Below are positions 52,168-61,281 of a stretch of 64,000 bases of DNA, piece after piece. The position numbers and the translations under genes were made by a program. The notes under the pieces were generated by a model that saw only the letters and a program-made list of their open reading frames with translations, was not told the DNA's origin and ran no database searches. The stretch is from positions 416,001-480,000 of the forward strand of contig CAWEJX010000020.1 of the NCBI GenBank assembly GCA_963809485.1, written 5' to 3'. Positions within the stretch are counted from its first letter, which is position 1. Each line of letters starts with the position of its first letter. Source of the stretch: an uncultured Acidobacteriota bacterium (lineage in GTDB: Bacteria; Acidobacteriota; UBA6911).

Positions 52168-53844
52168 TTACCTCCATTTGTCAATGGAAACGGTTATGGG
52201 TCTGTACATATGCCAGGCCTGCATCATGGGGCTGGCGTCGCCTCCCGCGACAATGACATGAACAGTGCCGGGTCTGAATACACGATTTTCAACGCTGTCA
52301 GGCTTACCAGCGGTATCCGGAGTATCTCTGAAATAATGGGAGGTCCGTAGTTCGCCAAGGGGTTTTGTGGCATGTTCAACCAGGTAATCGGCTACTCCCT
52401 GTTTGGTATATCCTTGAGCCTTCAATATCTCCGCACGCTTTGGCGATATGATAATGGCAGCGCCGCTTGGAAGCTCAAACTCAGCAATGTCTTCTGCAAC
52501 ATGCTTTAGCGTAAAACGCACATGGCCATAATTGCCGGCGTGTGCCCAGCCTCCGGTAAACATTGTGAGAGTGTTGTCCTCTTTTTTAAATCCCTGTGAT
52601 ACGCTTAGAAACTCCCAGGGGCTTTGCTCCTCAAACTCAGCGAACATAAATGGCCAGGTGCTGATGTTACCCACAACCGACATCATATTTATGCCGGACA
52701 CTCCTCCGCCCAGATTAGTGATAAATAAACGCAGGGCACGGCCCATGGCAGCGTTGGCATAGTTGCCTGGACCCAGCACAGAAGTCCCGGCATTCATCTC
52801 CAGCTCCTTGCTGATGGGCCCGTTTACAACCTGCATAAAAGAGAACGCATTTGTGGACCGCACAAGCGAGTTGGTTTTATTGTGCAGATCGTAGGCCTCC
52901 AGGGCAGCCAGAAGCACCGGCATATGGCGGGGCTCACAACCTGCCATGACGCCGTTGATAGCAACTTTCTCCACCGTGACACCAAGGCCTTCTGGCGTTA
53001 AGGCTTTGATAACTACGGTGTCCGGTTTCTGACTCGTACCCCGTAACATAGCCGCCACGCGTGCCTCTGTGGGGGGAACAATCGGCAGACCGTCACTCAG
53101 GCCATGAGTATGGAAATATTGCTGAATTTCATCAAAGCTGCCGTTGGTCATGATTCGCGGTCTTTCCGGCGCATCGATGAAACCGGTTTTTTGTTCATGA
53201 GCCTCCAGAGGGAGTGTAAGGCATCCCAGAATATCCTCGATAGCCTTGCTCTCCTGGGATGGGCTCATAGTGTCTGCAGGGAAAGGGATCGCAACATAGC
53301 GCACTTCCGCTCCCTGTCGCTTGCGGGTAGTGTCCGCAACAGTTAATAAAGTGTCATACATCAACACGACACCCGGCAAACCCATTTTTTCAAGCTTTGC
53401 CGACCACTGGAAGGCATAGGAAGTGGTGGATGAGGACGGGGCACCGGCATAGATGAAGGCATCGGCATTGGCCTTCATTTCCTTCCAAAGCTCCGGATCA
53501 TCTAAAGAATATCCGGTATTGCGTCCTTTGATCGTTACCGTTGCATCGGGCTGGCGCTCTCGTATTACGTCGGCGATCTTTGAAAAAATAGTTTCAAATC
53601 CGGTGCCACTGCCCCAGGAATTGATAATATAGATCCGCGTTCTTTTCAGGGATGACAGCCTGGGGCTTAATGGAATGCGCTCGATTTTTGGCCAGATGCC
53701 CCGTGGATCGAGTACCGAGTATACGCCTTCCATATTTTTTTCATCCCGTTCTGCTGCGGGCACCAATGAAGACAGATTAAGCAAAACGATAGCAATCAAG
53801 GAGCATAAACTCTTTACATACACAGTATGTCTTTTAGACACCAT
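52168..53844 (-). CDS. UGSC-family protein, Sec/Cys-free paralog of 21027-22718
   Basis: VLDPRG, LWKEMKANADA, SDGLPIVPPT, TVEKVAINGVMAG, ANAAMGRA, FAEFEEQSP, terminal IDKWR identical to the paralog. Confidence 0.85.
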   Translation of the reverse strand: MVSKRHTVYVKSLCSLIAIVLLNLSSLVPAAERDEKNMEGVYSVLDPRGIWPKIERIPLSPRLSSLKRTRIYIINSWGSGTGFETIFSKIADVIRERQPDATVTIKGRNTGYSLDDPELWKEMKANADAFIYAGAPSSSTTSYAFQWSAKLEKMGLPGVVLMYDTLLTVADTTRKRQGAEVRYVAIPFPADTMSPSQESKAIEDILGCLTLPLEAHEQKTGFIDAPERPRIMTNGSFDEIQQYFHTHGLSDGLPIVPPTEARVAAMLRGTSQKPDTVVIKALTPEGLGVTVEKVAINGVMAGCEPRHMPVLLAALEAYDLHNKTNSLVRSTNAFSFMQVVNGPISKELEMNAGTSVLGPGNYANAAMGRALRLFITNLGGGVSGINMMSVVGNISTWPFMFAEFEEQSPWEFLSVSQGFKKEDNTLTMFTGGWAHAGNYGHVRFTLKHVAEDIAEFELPSGAAIIISPKRAEILKAQGYTKQGVADYLVEHATKPLGELRTSHYFRDTPDTAGKPDSVENRVFRPGTVHVIVAGGDASPMMQAWHMYRPITVSIDKWR

Positions 53845-54523
53845 ATCTGTTCCTCACATTAAGGGTTTGCATCTAAAATCAGGACCGGGCAATCCGTAAT
53901 TATGAATGCTGCGCAAATTGATTACATGTATGTGCCATCACTTGTCAAAAGCAGCTGTAAGGAAAATCTACGATATTTGATGTTACCTAAGCAAGAAATG
54001 ACGCCAAAGAATCCTTCGGCAGGTTGACGGATAGCCTCCAGCTGTTAAGCAGCGCCTTTTTATCAGCCTAACTTCTGGTATTCGACAAACGACAAAGAGG
54101 AGCAAGATTCTGTAAGCCATCTCCCTTAGCGGCCGTTTTGACCCCATGCCATATTGCTTTTGATGTGAGCCCAGGTCGCCAGGGACGCCAACTCCCTTTG
54201 GGTTCTGGAAGCAACAATTGAAATCCAGTCATAACTGGTGTCCTATAGCAGATTATGCGAATCCCGTTCAAGGATCATACAGCTCGCGGATTGTAAGGAC
54301 GGCGTTTTGAAAATCGCTGAGCATCGGGTTGTCTATGAAAGTCCGGAGCAGACTCCTGCCGCGTCGACAAATCCGGCACCTAAAAGGCGAGTGCGCCGGC
54401 CGAGAAATTGCTCTTTCTGATCATTCGGGGGGAAGACCCTATCGGGACAGAACCGGCAACCCAATGATGAAGCGTCATAGCCCAGTGCGTCTGTTGAGTG
54501 CCGTTGCCACGGTTATCTGCCTA

Positions 54524-56167
54524 TTAAGCTTCTTGCCCCGATTCTTTTGAAACCTTGATTTGCCGAGCCTTGTCCTCGACCACCGCATCCATCGAAACCT
54601 CCGGAACGGTGAGGATGAGCACAAAGGAAATCAGCATCGTCACCGCGCCTAGGAGGAAGACTGCTCTCAAACCAGCCTCCATTGAAGCACGGATGGCCTC
54701 GACGGTCTGCCGAAACAGCTCTTTTCCGCTGCTTCCCGCTTCGCCGAACGTGGTCTCCAGCGCTTTCATCGCCGCCGGGGAGAGCAGGGCCTTGGGATCG
54801 CCGAGGGCTGTCATGGTCGCCTTGTCCGCAAACTGATGCAGTCCGGAAGGGAGTGCCGCCTCGAGTTTCCGGGCATAGGCGGCATTCATCACGGGACCCA
54901 GGAGAGCGGGAGCGATGGCCATTCCCATGGTAATGCTGAAAAAAATAGCGCCCATGGATGCTCCGAGCAGCCTTTTGGGGACCGCCCATTGGGCTACGAG
55001 CGTGTTGATCGTCGGAATGGTGCCCAGCCCGAATCCGGCCAAAACTATGGCGACAACGCTCACGTAGACCGGGGTTCCGGAATTGAAAAAGACTATTCCG
55101 AACATGACGGCCGTCAGCAAACCATAGCCCATGATGTACATCCATTTATACCGTTTCGTCCTGGCGAGAATGAATCCGGTGGGCACACCTATAAAAGCCA
55201 TAAGAACATTCAATGGGGTCAGGATCTGGCCGCTTCGCATGACGGTCATTCCCTGCACCCCCTGCAGGAACATTGGATAGTACATCAACATTGCCATGAG
55301 TCCGATAAACGACAGCATTCCTGATACCGCCACGGTGAGAAAAGTGCGATTGCGGAACACCTGGGGATCCATGATCGGTTCGTCTGCATGTTCTTCAGCC
55401 TTGAAGAAAAGCACCCAGAACAGCAATCCCGCGCCAAGAAGGCCGATCACCTGAACGGACGCCCAAGGGTAGGTCGTTCCTGCGAAAGAAAAACCGAGGA
55501 TGGTTGCCGAGGACGCGATCGCAACCAGGATTATGCCGCGCACGTCGATCTTGATCCTGCGGACGGATTTGGTCGCCAGGGGAGGCACGCCGATCGGCAC
55601 CATGATGAGACCGAGGACCACAAGAGGAACGCCCATCCAATAGATGTGGCGCCAGCTCAGGTTATCCACAAACCACCCCCCGAGTGTAGGCCCGCAAAGC
55701 GCAATTAACCCCTGCGGCACGTGCAACAGGCCCACCCATCTGCTGCGCTGTACCGGCGCAAACATGTCGCCCAGCACGGAATAGAGCAGCGGCAGGAGCG
55801 CCCCGTTGCCCAGGCGGGCCAGCGTATTTGCCGCGATCAGGATCACGAAGGTTGGGGCCATGGCGCTCCATATCGTGCCCACCAGGAACAGGACCATGCA
55901 TATCAGCAGCATGAACCGCCGCCCGTAGATGTCGGAGAATTTGCTGAACAGCAGCGTCACAAAAGCGGCGGCCAGGCTAGGAATCGAGATCAACCAGGCA
56001 TAGAGCGCCATGCCGTCCAGCTCGGCCGCCATCCTCGGTCTCGCAATCCCCAGCGTCTGAATAAAGAAATTGGTTGTGAAATACAGGGTAAAGACAGTGA
56101 GCAGTCCCAGGACAATATGCTTCTCCATAGAAACGGTCTCGGCGGTTGATTGAGGCGTCTTCGGCAT
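54524..56167 (-). CDS. MFS transporter (DHA2/14-TMS-like)
   Basis: SKFSDIYGRR, GPTLGG, SWRHIYW; AAGGAG RBS. Confidence 0.9.
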   Translation of the reverse strand: MPKTPQSTAETVSMEKHIVLGLLTVFTLYFTTNFFIQTLGIARPRMAAELDGMALYAWLISIPSLAAAFVTLLFSKFSDIYGRRFMLLICMVLFLVGTIWSAMAPTFVILIAANTLARLGNGALLPLLYSVLGDMFAPVQRSRWVGLLHVPQGLIALCGPTLGGWFVDNLSWRHIYWMGVPLVVLGLIMVPIGVPPLATKSVRRIKIDVRGIILVAIASSATILGFSFAGTTYPWASVQVIGLLGAGLLFWVLFFKAEEHADEPIMDPQVFRNRTFLTVAVSGMLSFIGLMAMLMYYPMFLQGVQGMTVMRSGQILTPLNVLMAFIGVPTGFILARTKRYKWMYIMGYGLLTAVMFGIVFFNSGTPVYVSVVAIVLAGFGLGTIPTINTLVAQWAVPKRLLGASMGAIFFSITMGMAIAPALLGPVMNAAYARKLEAALPSGLHQFADKATMTALGDPKALLSPAAMKALETTFGEAGSSGKELFRQTVEAIRASMEAGLRAVFLLGAVTMLISFVLILTVPEVSMDAVVEDKARQIKVSKESGQEA

Positions 56168-56886
56168 TCTGTGTCTCCTTGAATGAAATTCTCTTGCTGC
56201 TTTTGTCTCATCACTCGTGCCGAACATCAACAGGAAACCGCCAAATATTTCGCGAAACTATGCAGGAAGGATCAACAGCGAGAGGCTCGAACCGACACGG
56301 ATTCCTTGAGTGAAGGATTCGTGAAAATTCGTGCCGGTTCGTGGCCAATGCTCCGCCTGCGCTCATGAGGACGAGGAAACGGATTTGACCCGAAGAGCCT
56401 ATTTCACTCTCCTGGCGATTATGTCTGCCGCCTCCGCTCCCGCTCCCGTCGCACCGGCGCATTCGCGTGTGAACCTGATTTCGGCGATTTTGCTTTCCAG
56501 GCTATTTCCCTTTCGGTTTCGCCGGACTTTCGCTCTGGCCGCTGACCTTGCCGTCCTTGGTGGGGATCGTGGGCACGAGGCTGATGTGTGCGCTGTCGCT
56601 GTATCTGCTGCGCGATCGATCGAGGTACAGACCGGCAGGGATGACTGGATGGCGCGGCGATAAGGGTAGCTTCAAATCAATAAATAAATCATCACTGGGC
56701 CGGCAATTGCCATTTTGGCGCAATGCTCTCGAACACGACTTCATGGGAGTTTGCCTGCAAAAGAGGCATCCTAGAATTGCCTTGCTTATAAGCAGCGACA
56801 TGTCTTGTAGAATGTCGGCATATGTAGGTTTAGACAGAATTGTCTGGCTATAGCTATGCCTTGAGATTCAGCATATAGCGGAGAAA

Positions 56887-57444
56887 GTGATGATTAGTAC
56901 CAAGAGGCTGATGATTCGACCGTTCACTGCCAGCGATGCAGCAGATCTATATGAGTACCTTTCTAATCCCGCAATCTATAACTATGAGCCTGGAGAACCG
57001 ATTAACATCGATCGCGCCATGCATCTATCCCAGGAGCGTGCAGCAACAACAGACTTCTGGGCTATGGAACTAGCGGATACTGGCAAGATGATTGGACATA
57101 TATACTTCAAGCAGATAGAGCCCCACGAATTAAGAACATGGGAAATAGGCTACATCGTGAATCCTGCGTATCAGGGAGAAGGGTATGCGACTGAGGCCGT
57201 AGCCGCTCTCTTAAAAAAGGAGTTTAAGGAGAAGCACATTCATCGAGTCTTCGCCCATTGCAATCCAGAGAATCTTGCTTCCTGGAAATTACTTGAACGA
57301 GTTGGGCTACGTCGAGAAGGACTTCTTAGAAAAAACGTCTTCTTCAGAAGAGGGCATAACGGTGAAGAGCTGTGGACGGATACCTACGAATACGCGATCC
57401 TCAAAGAGGAGGTGGATGAGAGGCTAAGGGAAGGAAAGGCATAA
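56887..57444 (+). CDS. GNAT N-acetyltransferase (RimJ/RimL-like)
   Basis: TKRLMIRPF, EIGY, YQGEGYATEA, NLASWKLLERVG; visibly lower GC than the flanks. Confidence 0.9.
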   Translation: MMISTKRLMIRPFTASDAADLYEYLSNPAIYNYEPGEPINIDRAMHLSQERAATTDFWAMELADTGKMIGHIYFKQIEPHELRTWEIGYIVNPAYQGEGYATEAVAALLKKEFKEKHIHRVFAHCNPENLASWKLLERVGLRREGLLRKNVFFRRGHNGEELWTDTYEYAILKEEVDERLREGKA

Positions 57445-57501
57445 CTATTCGTTTCAACGGACAGTGCAAACTACGCGCCGAAGCTTAGCGGTGCGTTGGG
57501 G
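57439..57501 (+). mobile_element. Degenerate attC-like integron cassette recombination site
   Basis: GCATAAC overlapping the GNAT stop, TATTCGTTTCAACGGAC, ... GCTTAGCGGTGC-GTTGGGG; 63 bp; followed by RBS and next ORF. Confidence 0.5.
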
Positions 57502-57525
57502 CATCAAGAAAAGGAGCAAAAGTAT

Positions 57526-57879
57526 ATGTTTTGTCCGGAATGTAAATCAGAATTTATGGATGGCATTAAAAAATGTCCAGAATGCATGGTAGGGCTAATT
57601 GAAGAGCTGGCACCAGAGCCGAAGCCCCCGAAGCCCAAGTTCCTGGATTACGAAGAAATTCTTGCGAATCCAAATCCTGCAGATGTAGCGATTTTAAAGT
57701 CAATTTTGGATAGTGAGGAAATAACTTACTTCATTAAGGGTGAAAATGCCCAGATATCGTTTGCCACCCCAAAACTTATGGTTCGGACAGATCAAGTGGA
57801 AATTGCAAAAGAATTGATCAAAGATTTAAAGCTGTCCTGCATGGGCACCAACTTGGACAAAGAATCTAAGAATGAATAG
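57526..57879 (+). CDS. DUF2007 domain protein with N-terminal zinc ribbon
   Basis: MFCPECKSEF...CPEC; ILKSILDSEEITYFIKGE; AAGGAG RBS; low GC. Confidence 0.8.
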   Translation: MFCPECKSEFMDGIKKCPECMVGLIEELAPEPKPPKPKFLDYEEILANPNPADVAILKSILDSEEITYFIKGENAQISFATPKLMVRTDQVEIAKELIKDLKLSCMGTNLDKESKNE

Positions 57880-57882
57880 GGC

Positions 57883-58056
57883 ATCTATGACGTGCTTCGC
57901 TGCAAACGCGCCATCTCAGCCGAGACCGCCTTACGGCTTGGCAAATATTTCGGACTTCCGGCGCAGTTTTGGATGAATCTTCAAGCTGAACACGATCTCC
58001 GTTTGGCGGCAGCGACGGCCAAGCTGGAGAGGGTAAAAGTCAGAACGGCCGCCTGA
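57883..58056 (+). pseudogene. higA: HigA-family antitoxin, C-terminal fragment
   Basis: Manual translation IYDVLRCKRAISAETALRLGKYFGLPAQFWMNLQAEHDL...; N-terminus and toxin gene absent. Confidence 0.75.
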
Positions 58057-58169
58057 TCGAAGTTATACCCCTGGTAAGGCGTGCCGGCGCTGTGCAAACC
58101 CTGCTTAACCACAGGGATTCGCATCGCTCTGGAGAACATCTCATCATAAACCCTCTTGACGATGGCGGC
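58050..58169. repeat. 120-bp near-identical copy of 50904-51023 (internal esterase segment)
   Basis: Direct comparison shows 3 mismatches over 120 nt, same orientation. Confidence 0.9.
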
Positions 58170-58670
58170 CGCGGACACTTTCGGCTATGGGTGGGGAATG
58201 TGCTTGACACCATTTCGTGACACAACATAATTTTGCTCAACGCCTACTTCCATCGTCTTTTGCTTTTTTCCAGGGACTGCAAGTTTATGGAAATCGGCGT
58301 GCGGCTTCCGCTGCGTTTTGTTACACGCATCCGTGATCGTCGCTTTGTGGCAAAGATACAAAAGGAAAAGGTCTATGATATCGAGGAGAAACGCATGATT
58401 GGGAGAATAGCAGCGCTCGCGGCAATAGCTGTATTGATGGGAAGCAGTGTTGTACCGGATCCTATTGCCATGGATTCCACCGATTTGTTTTCAGCCGGTG
58501 GGATCCATGGCGTTTTTGGGGGTGGCCGAATGAAATCCGTGGCGTTCTGGCGCCGCAATAAGCACGCATGGTAAAATCTTTGATTCGAATTAGGGGAAAC
58601 CTCCGCCTATGGCGGCGTGACTCGAAAAGGCTCCACCGTTCCGGGGTGCGTCCTGAAGAAACAGAAAAGA

Positions 58671-58768
58671 GAATGATGCATATCGAATGTCGAAGTAGAT
58701 GTCTGGAGAGGCGGGCATCGCAAAATATGCAAGCGTTCAAATACTTCATTATTCGACATTCGATATTC
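58671..58768. repeat. Heptamer-based palindromic repeat, family A copy 3
   Basis: GAATGATGCATATCGAATGTCGAAGTA ... TACTTCATTATTCGACATTCGATATTC. Confidence 0.7.
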
Positions 58769-58867
58769 GCATTGATCTCGATGCCCCCATTCTGGGGGCT
58801 TCCTGATACCACCCGCTCTGCGGGTGGAGTGTTCATTATGCAAATCGTATTGCTGGGAGCAGATACT

Positions 58868-59860
58868 ATGAAGAAAATGATGAGCTATCTATTGCTGGGC
58901 GCGATTGCGCTGTTTGCAGCAGCGGCGATGATGCCGGCTGCCGACGCCGGATTGGACCGCGCCGCGCTGTTAAAGCTTGCCGATGATTATCTGGCCGCGC
59001 TGGTTGCGCATGATCCTGGAAAAGCGCCGCTTGCCGACGATGTAAAAATAGTTGAAAACGTGAAGCGCATTAAGCCCGGCGAGGGTTTATGGAAGACTGC
59101 TTCTGCCCTGCCGTCCGATTTCAAGATCATGGCCGCGGATCCCATCACCCAGGAAGTCGGCGGCCTGGTGGTAATGGGCAGCGATCAAAAACCCGCGCAG
59201 GTTGGTTTCCGGCTTAAGCTGGTGAACGGCAAGATCGCTGAAGCCGAGCATTTGGTTGTGGTATTGGATAAAAAAAATCCCATGGGGAATCCCGATAATC
59301 CAAATCTGAAGAAGCATCGTCCGGCCATTCTCCGAGAAGTTCCTTATGAATACGCGGATTCGCACGGCCGGTTGATCTACATTGCGAAGTCCTATTATGA
59401 TGCGCTGGACAACAACAATGGCCATCTCGCCCCATTTGCATCTGATTGCGAGCGGCATGAGAACGGCATGCGCACGGCGCCATCCGGCGGTCCCTCATTG
59501 GGAGGAGCTTCAATTCCCGGCACGGCGGCGCCGAGGCCGGGCTTGCTGGGCATGCAGGATTGCACGACACAGATTAGCTCCGGAACGTTCCAGTACATTG
59601 CCTCAATCGAAAATCGCCGCGTGGTAATCGCCGACACCGTTACGGGATTGGCGATCGGTTTTTCACATTTCCATCATCCGATGACGCAGAAAAAATTCAA
59701 AATCACGGGCAACCCGGACCGGTCCGAAGCCGATATGTCCAATCAGAAACCCTTTGATATGCCGTCCATGCACATCTACAAAATATGGGGCGGCAAGATT
59801 CACGAAATAGAAGCAATTGGCATCGTGGCGCCTTACAATTCGCCAACCGGCTGGGAATAA
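58868..59860 (+). CDS. Secreted hypothetical protein (tandem NTF2-like domains)
   Basis: Signal peptide; ADDYLAALVAHDP...VENV...GEGLW; APFASDCERHENG; terminal TGW. Confidence 0.75.
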   Translation: MKKMMSYLLLGAIALFAAAAMMPAADAGLDRAALLKLADDYLAALVAHDPGKAPLADDVKIVENVKRIKPGEGLWKTASALPSDFKIMAADPITQEVGGLVVMGSDQKPAQVGFRLKLVNGKIAEAEHLVVVLDKKNPMGNPDNPNLKKHRPAILREVPYEYADSHGRLIYIAKSYYDALDNNNGHLAPFASDCERHENGMRTAPSGGPSLGGASIPGTAAPRPGLLGMQDCTTQISSGTFQYIASIENRRVVIADTVTGLAIGFSHFHHPMTQKKFKITGNPDRSEADMSNQKPFDMPSMHIYKIWGGKIHEIEAIGIVAPYNSPTGWE

Positions 59861-59885
59861 ATCCATCCCTGAGGAAGCCGCATGA

Positions 59886-59930
59886 AAAACAGAATCTGCG
59901 GGCTAAAGCCCTGCCCACAGATTCTGTTTT
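59886..59930. terminator. Long hairpin between convergent genes, likely bidirectional terminator
   Basis: AAAACAGAATCTGCGGGC...GCCCACAGATTCTGTTTT. Confidence 0.65.
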
Positions 59931-60112
59931 GTTTTGATGCCCACAAATGAAGGGTTTTACGAGCAAAAGTGGGGACGCTGCCCAATTTGGGTGATTGGCT
60001 GAGGGCGTATGCTCCCCAAATGCAATCGAGGGCCAGGGCCCCACGCTCTTCGATCAGAGGATACAAGCCGTCCGGAGCGCCTTGCAGTCCGAATTAGGCA
60101 TGCTCTTCCTTC

Positions 60113-61111
60113 TTATTCCATCACCAGCTTTCTGGCAATCAGCCAATCATAAAGCCGATCGGACCATGTCCCGACCGGCATTCCCGAGGCAGGGCCGTAT
60201 CCATGGTCATATATATGGAGTTCAACCGGACGATTGGCTTCCTTCCAAAATGTAAACAACACCGCGCATCCATTGGTCACATTGAAATGACCATCCATCA
60301 CAGCTATGAATAAAGGGGCTCCCTGTGGAGGAACGGTAACATCAACCAGCGACGGACCATAAATGGTAGCTACGAAATCCGGATAGGCGTCTGAGGATTC
60401 CGTCACTGCGGTCCCTATGGCGACACCCCCTCCCGCTGAATAGCCCAGAATGCCGATACGTTTCGGGTCAATGTTGTACTTGGCTGCGTCGCGCCTGAGT
60501 ACGCGAATGGCTTGCTGGCCGTCCGAAATCGCCATCCGGATTACTTTGAGATGTTCTTGATTGTCCTGCGCCGGATTAGCGTTGCCGCGCCTGTTCAGAA
60601 TTTCTCTGAAAGAGAGTTCATTCCCCATGCCCATTGGCATCTTTCTTCCCGGGACTCCCGCTTGCGGTGAACCGGCAGAACGCGCACTCCCTGCGGCGGG
60701 AGGAGTGTCCGGCACGACTCTATACTTAAGAATAAAGGCAGCAATGCCCTTGGAGTTTAGCCACTCCGCAGTTCGTTCCGGCTCGGCGAAACCCAGCATG
60801 CGCATGGCGCCTCCCGGACAAAGTATGAGAGCCACTCCATTCGCCTTGGCTTTTTCCGTAAGATAGATCGTGAGGGTGGGATTAACGACGTTAGAATAAA
60901 CCTTCGAGCCCCCAGGCCCTTCCGTGACCCGTTCGCTAAAGGTCCAATCCTCGGATCCTGGCGCTATCCCGGGCCAGACAGGAATTGTCGGTCTTGAGTG
61001 AGTTTCAGAGCCGGCGGCGGATGGCTGATTCCTTGCATTTTGAGTAAAGGCTGGCAATGCAGTCAGAGCAGCAAGAATCCCCCAAACACTTAAAGACAAT
61101 ATCCTTTTCAT
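60113..61111 (-). CDS. Secreted alpha/beta hydrolase (xylan esterase/BD-FAE-like)
   Basis: NVVNPTL, LCPGG, AFILKYR, RIGILGYSAGG, VELHIY. Confidence 0.85.
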   Translation of the reverse strand: MKRILSLSVWGILAALTALPAFTQNARNQPSAAGSETHSRPTIPVWPGIAPGSEDWTFSERVTEGPGGSKVYSNVVNPTLTIYLTEKAKANGVALILCPGGAMRMLGFAEPERTAEWLNSKGIAAFILKYRVVPDTPPAAGSARSAGSPQAGVPGRKMPMGMGNELSFREILNRRGNANPAQDNQEHLKVIRMAISDGQQAIRVLRRDAAKYNIDPKRIGILGYSAGGGVAIGTAVTESSDAYPDFVATIYGPSLVDVTVPPQGAPLFIAVMDGHFNVTNGCAVLFTFWKEANRPVELHIYDHGYGPASGMPVGTWSDRLYDWLIARKLVME

Positions 61112-61129
61112 AACATTAGATTCCTCATC

Positions 61130-61265
61130 GCAGTATTTCAGGGAAGAGAAGGCTCCGGTGGAGTTGTCCGCCCATCCCACATAGTGAATGATTTTGCCCC
61201 CATACCTTTTAGAGCGGACAGATCGGGATCGATGGCGTCGCACATGGCCGATATTTTTGCCGCAA
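61130..61265 (-). pseudogene. Tannase/feruloyl esterase internal fragment
   Basis: DAIDPDLSALK / GGKIIHYVGWAD with one frame change matches the tannase PDLS..GGKLI.YHGW.D motif. Confidence 0.6.
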
Positions 61266-61281
61266 CGAGTTTGGCGACCTC

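Noticed and set aside
53990-54006. Sigma54 promoter for the UGSC paralog on the minus strand
   Set aside because: Spacing is GG-N11-GC, not the required N10
54060-54100. GCCTAAC box as a second attC site
   Set aside because: No matching complementary arm or GTTRRRY found at a suitable distance
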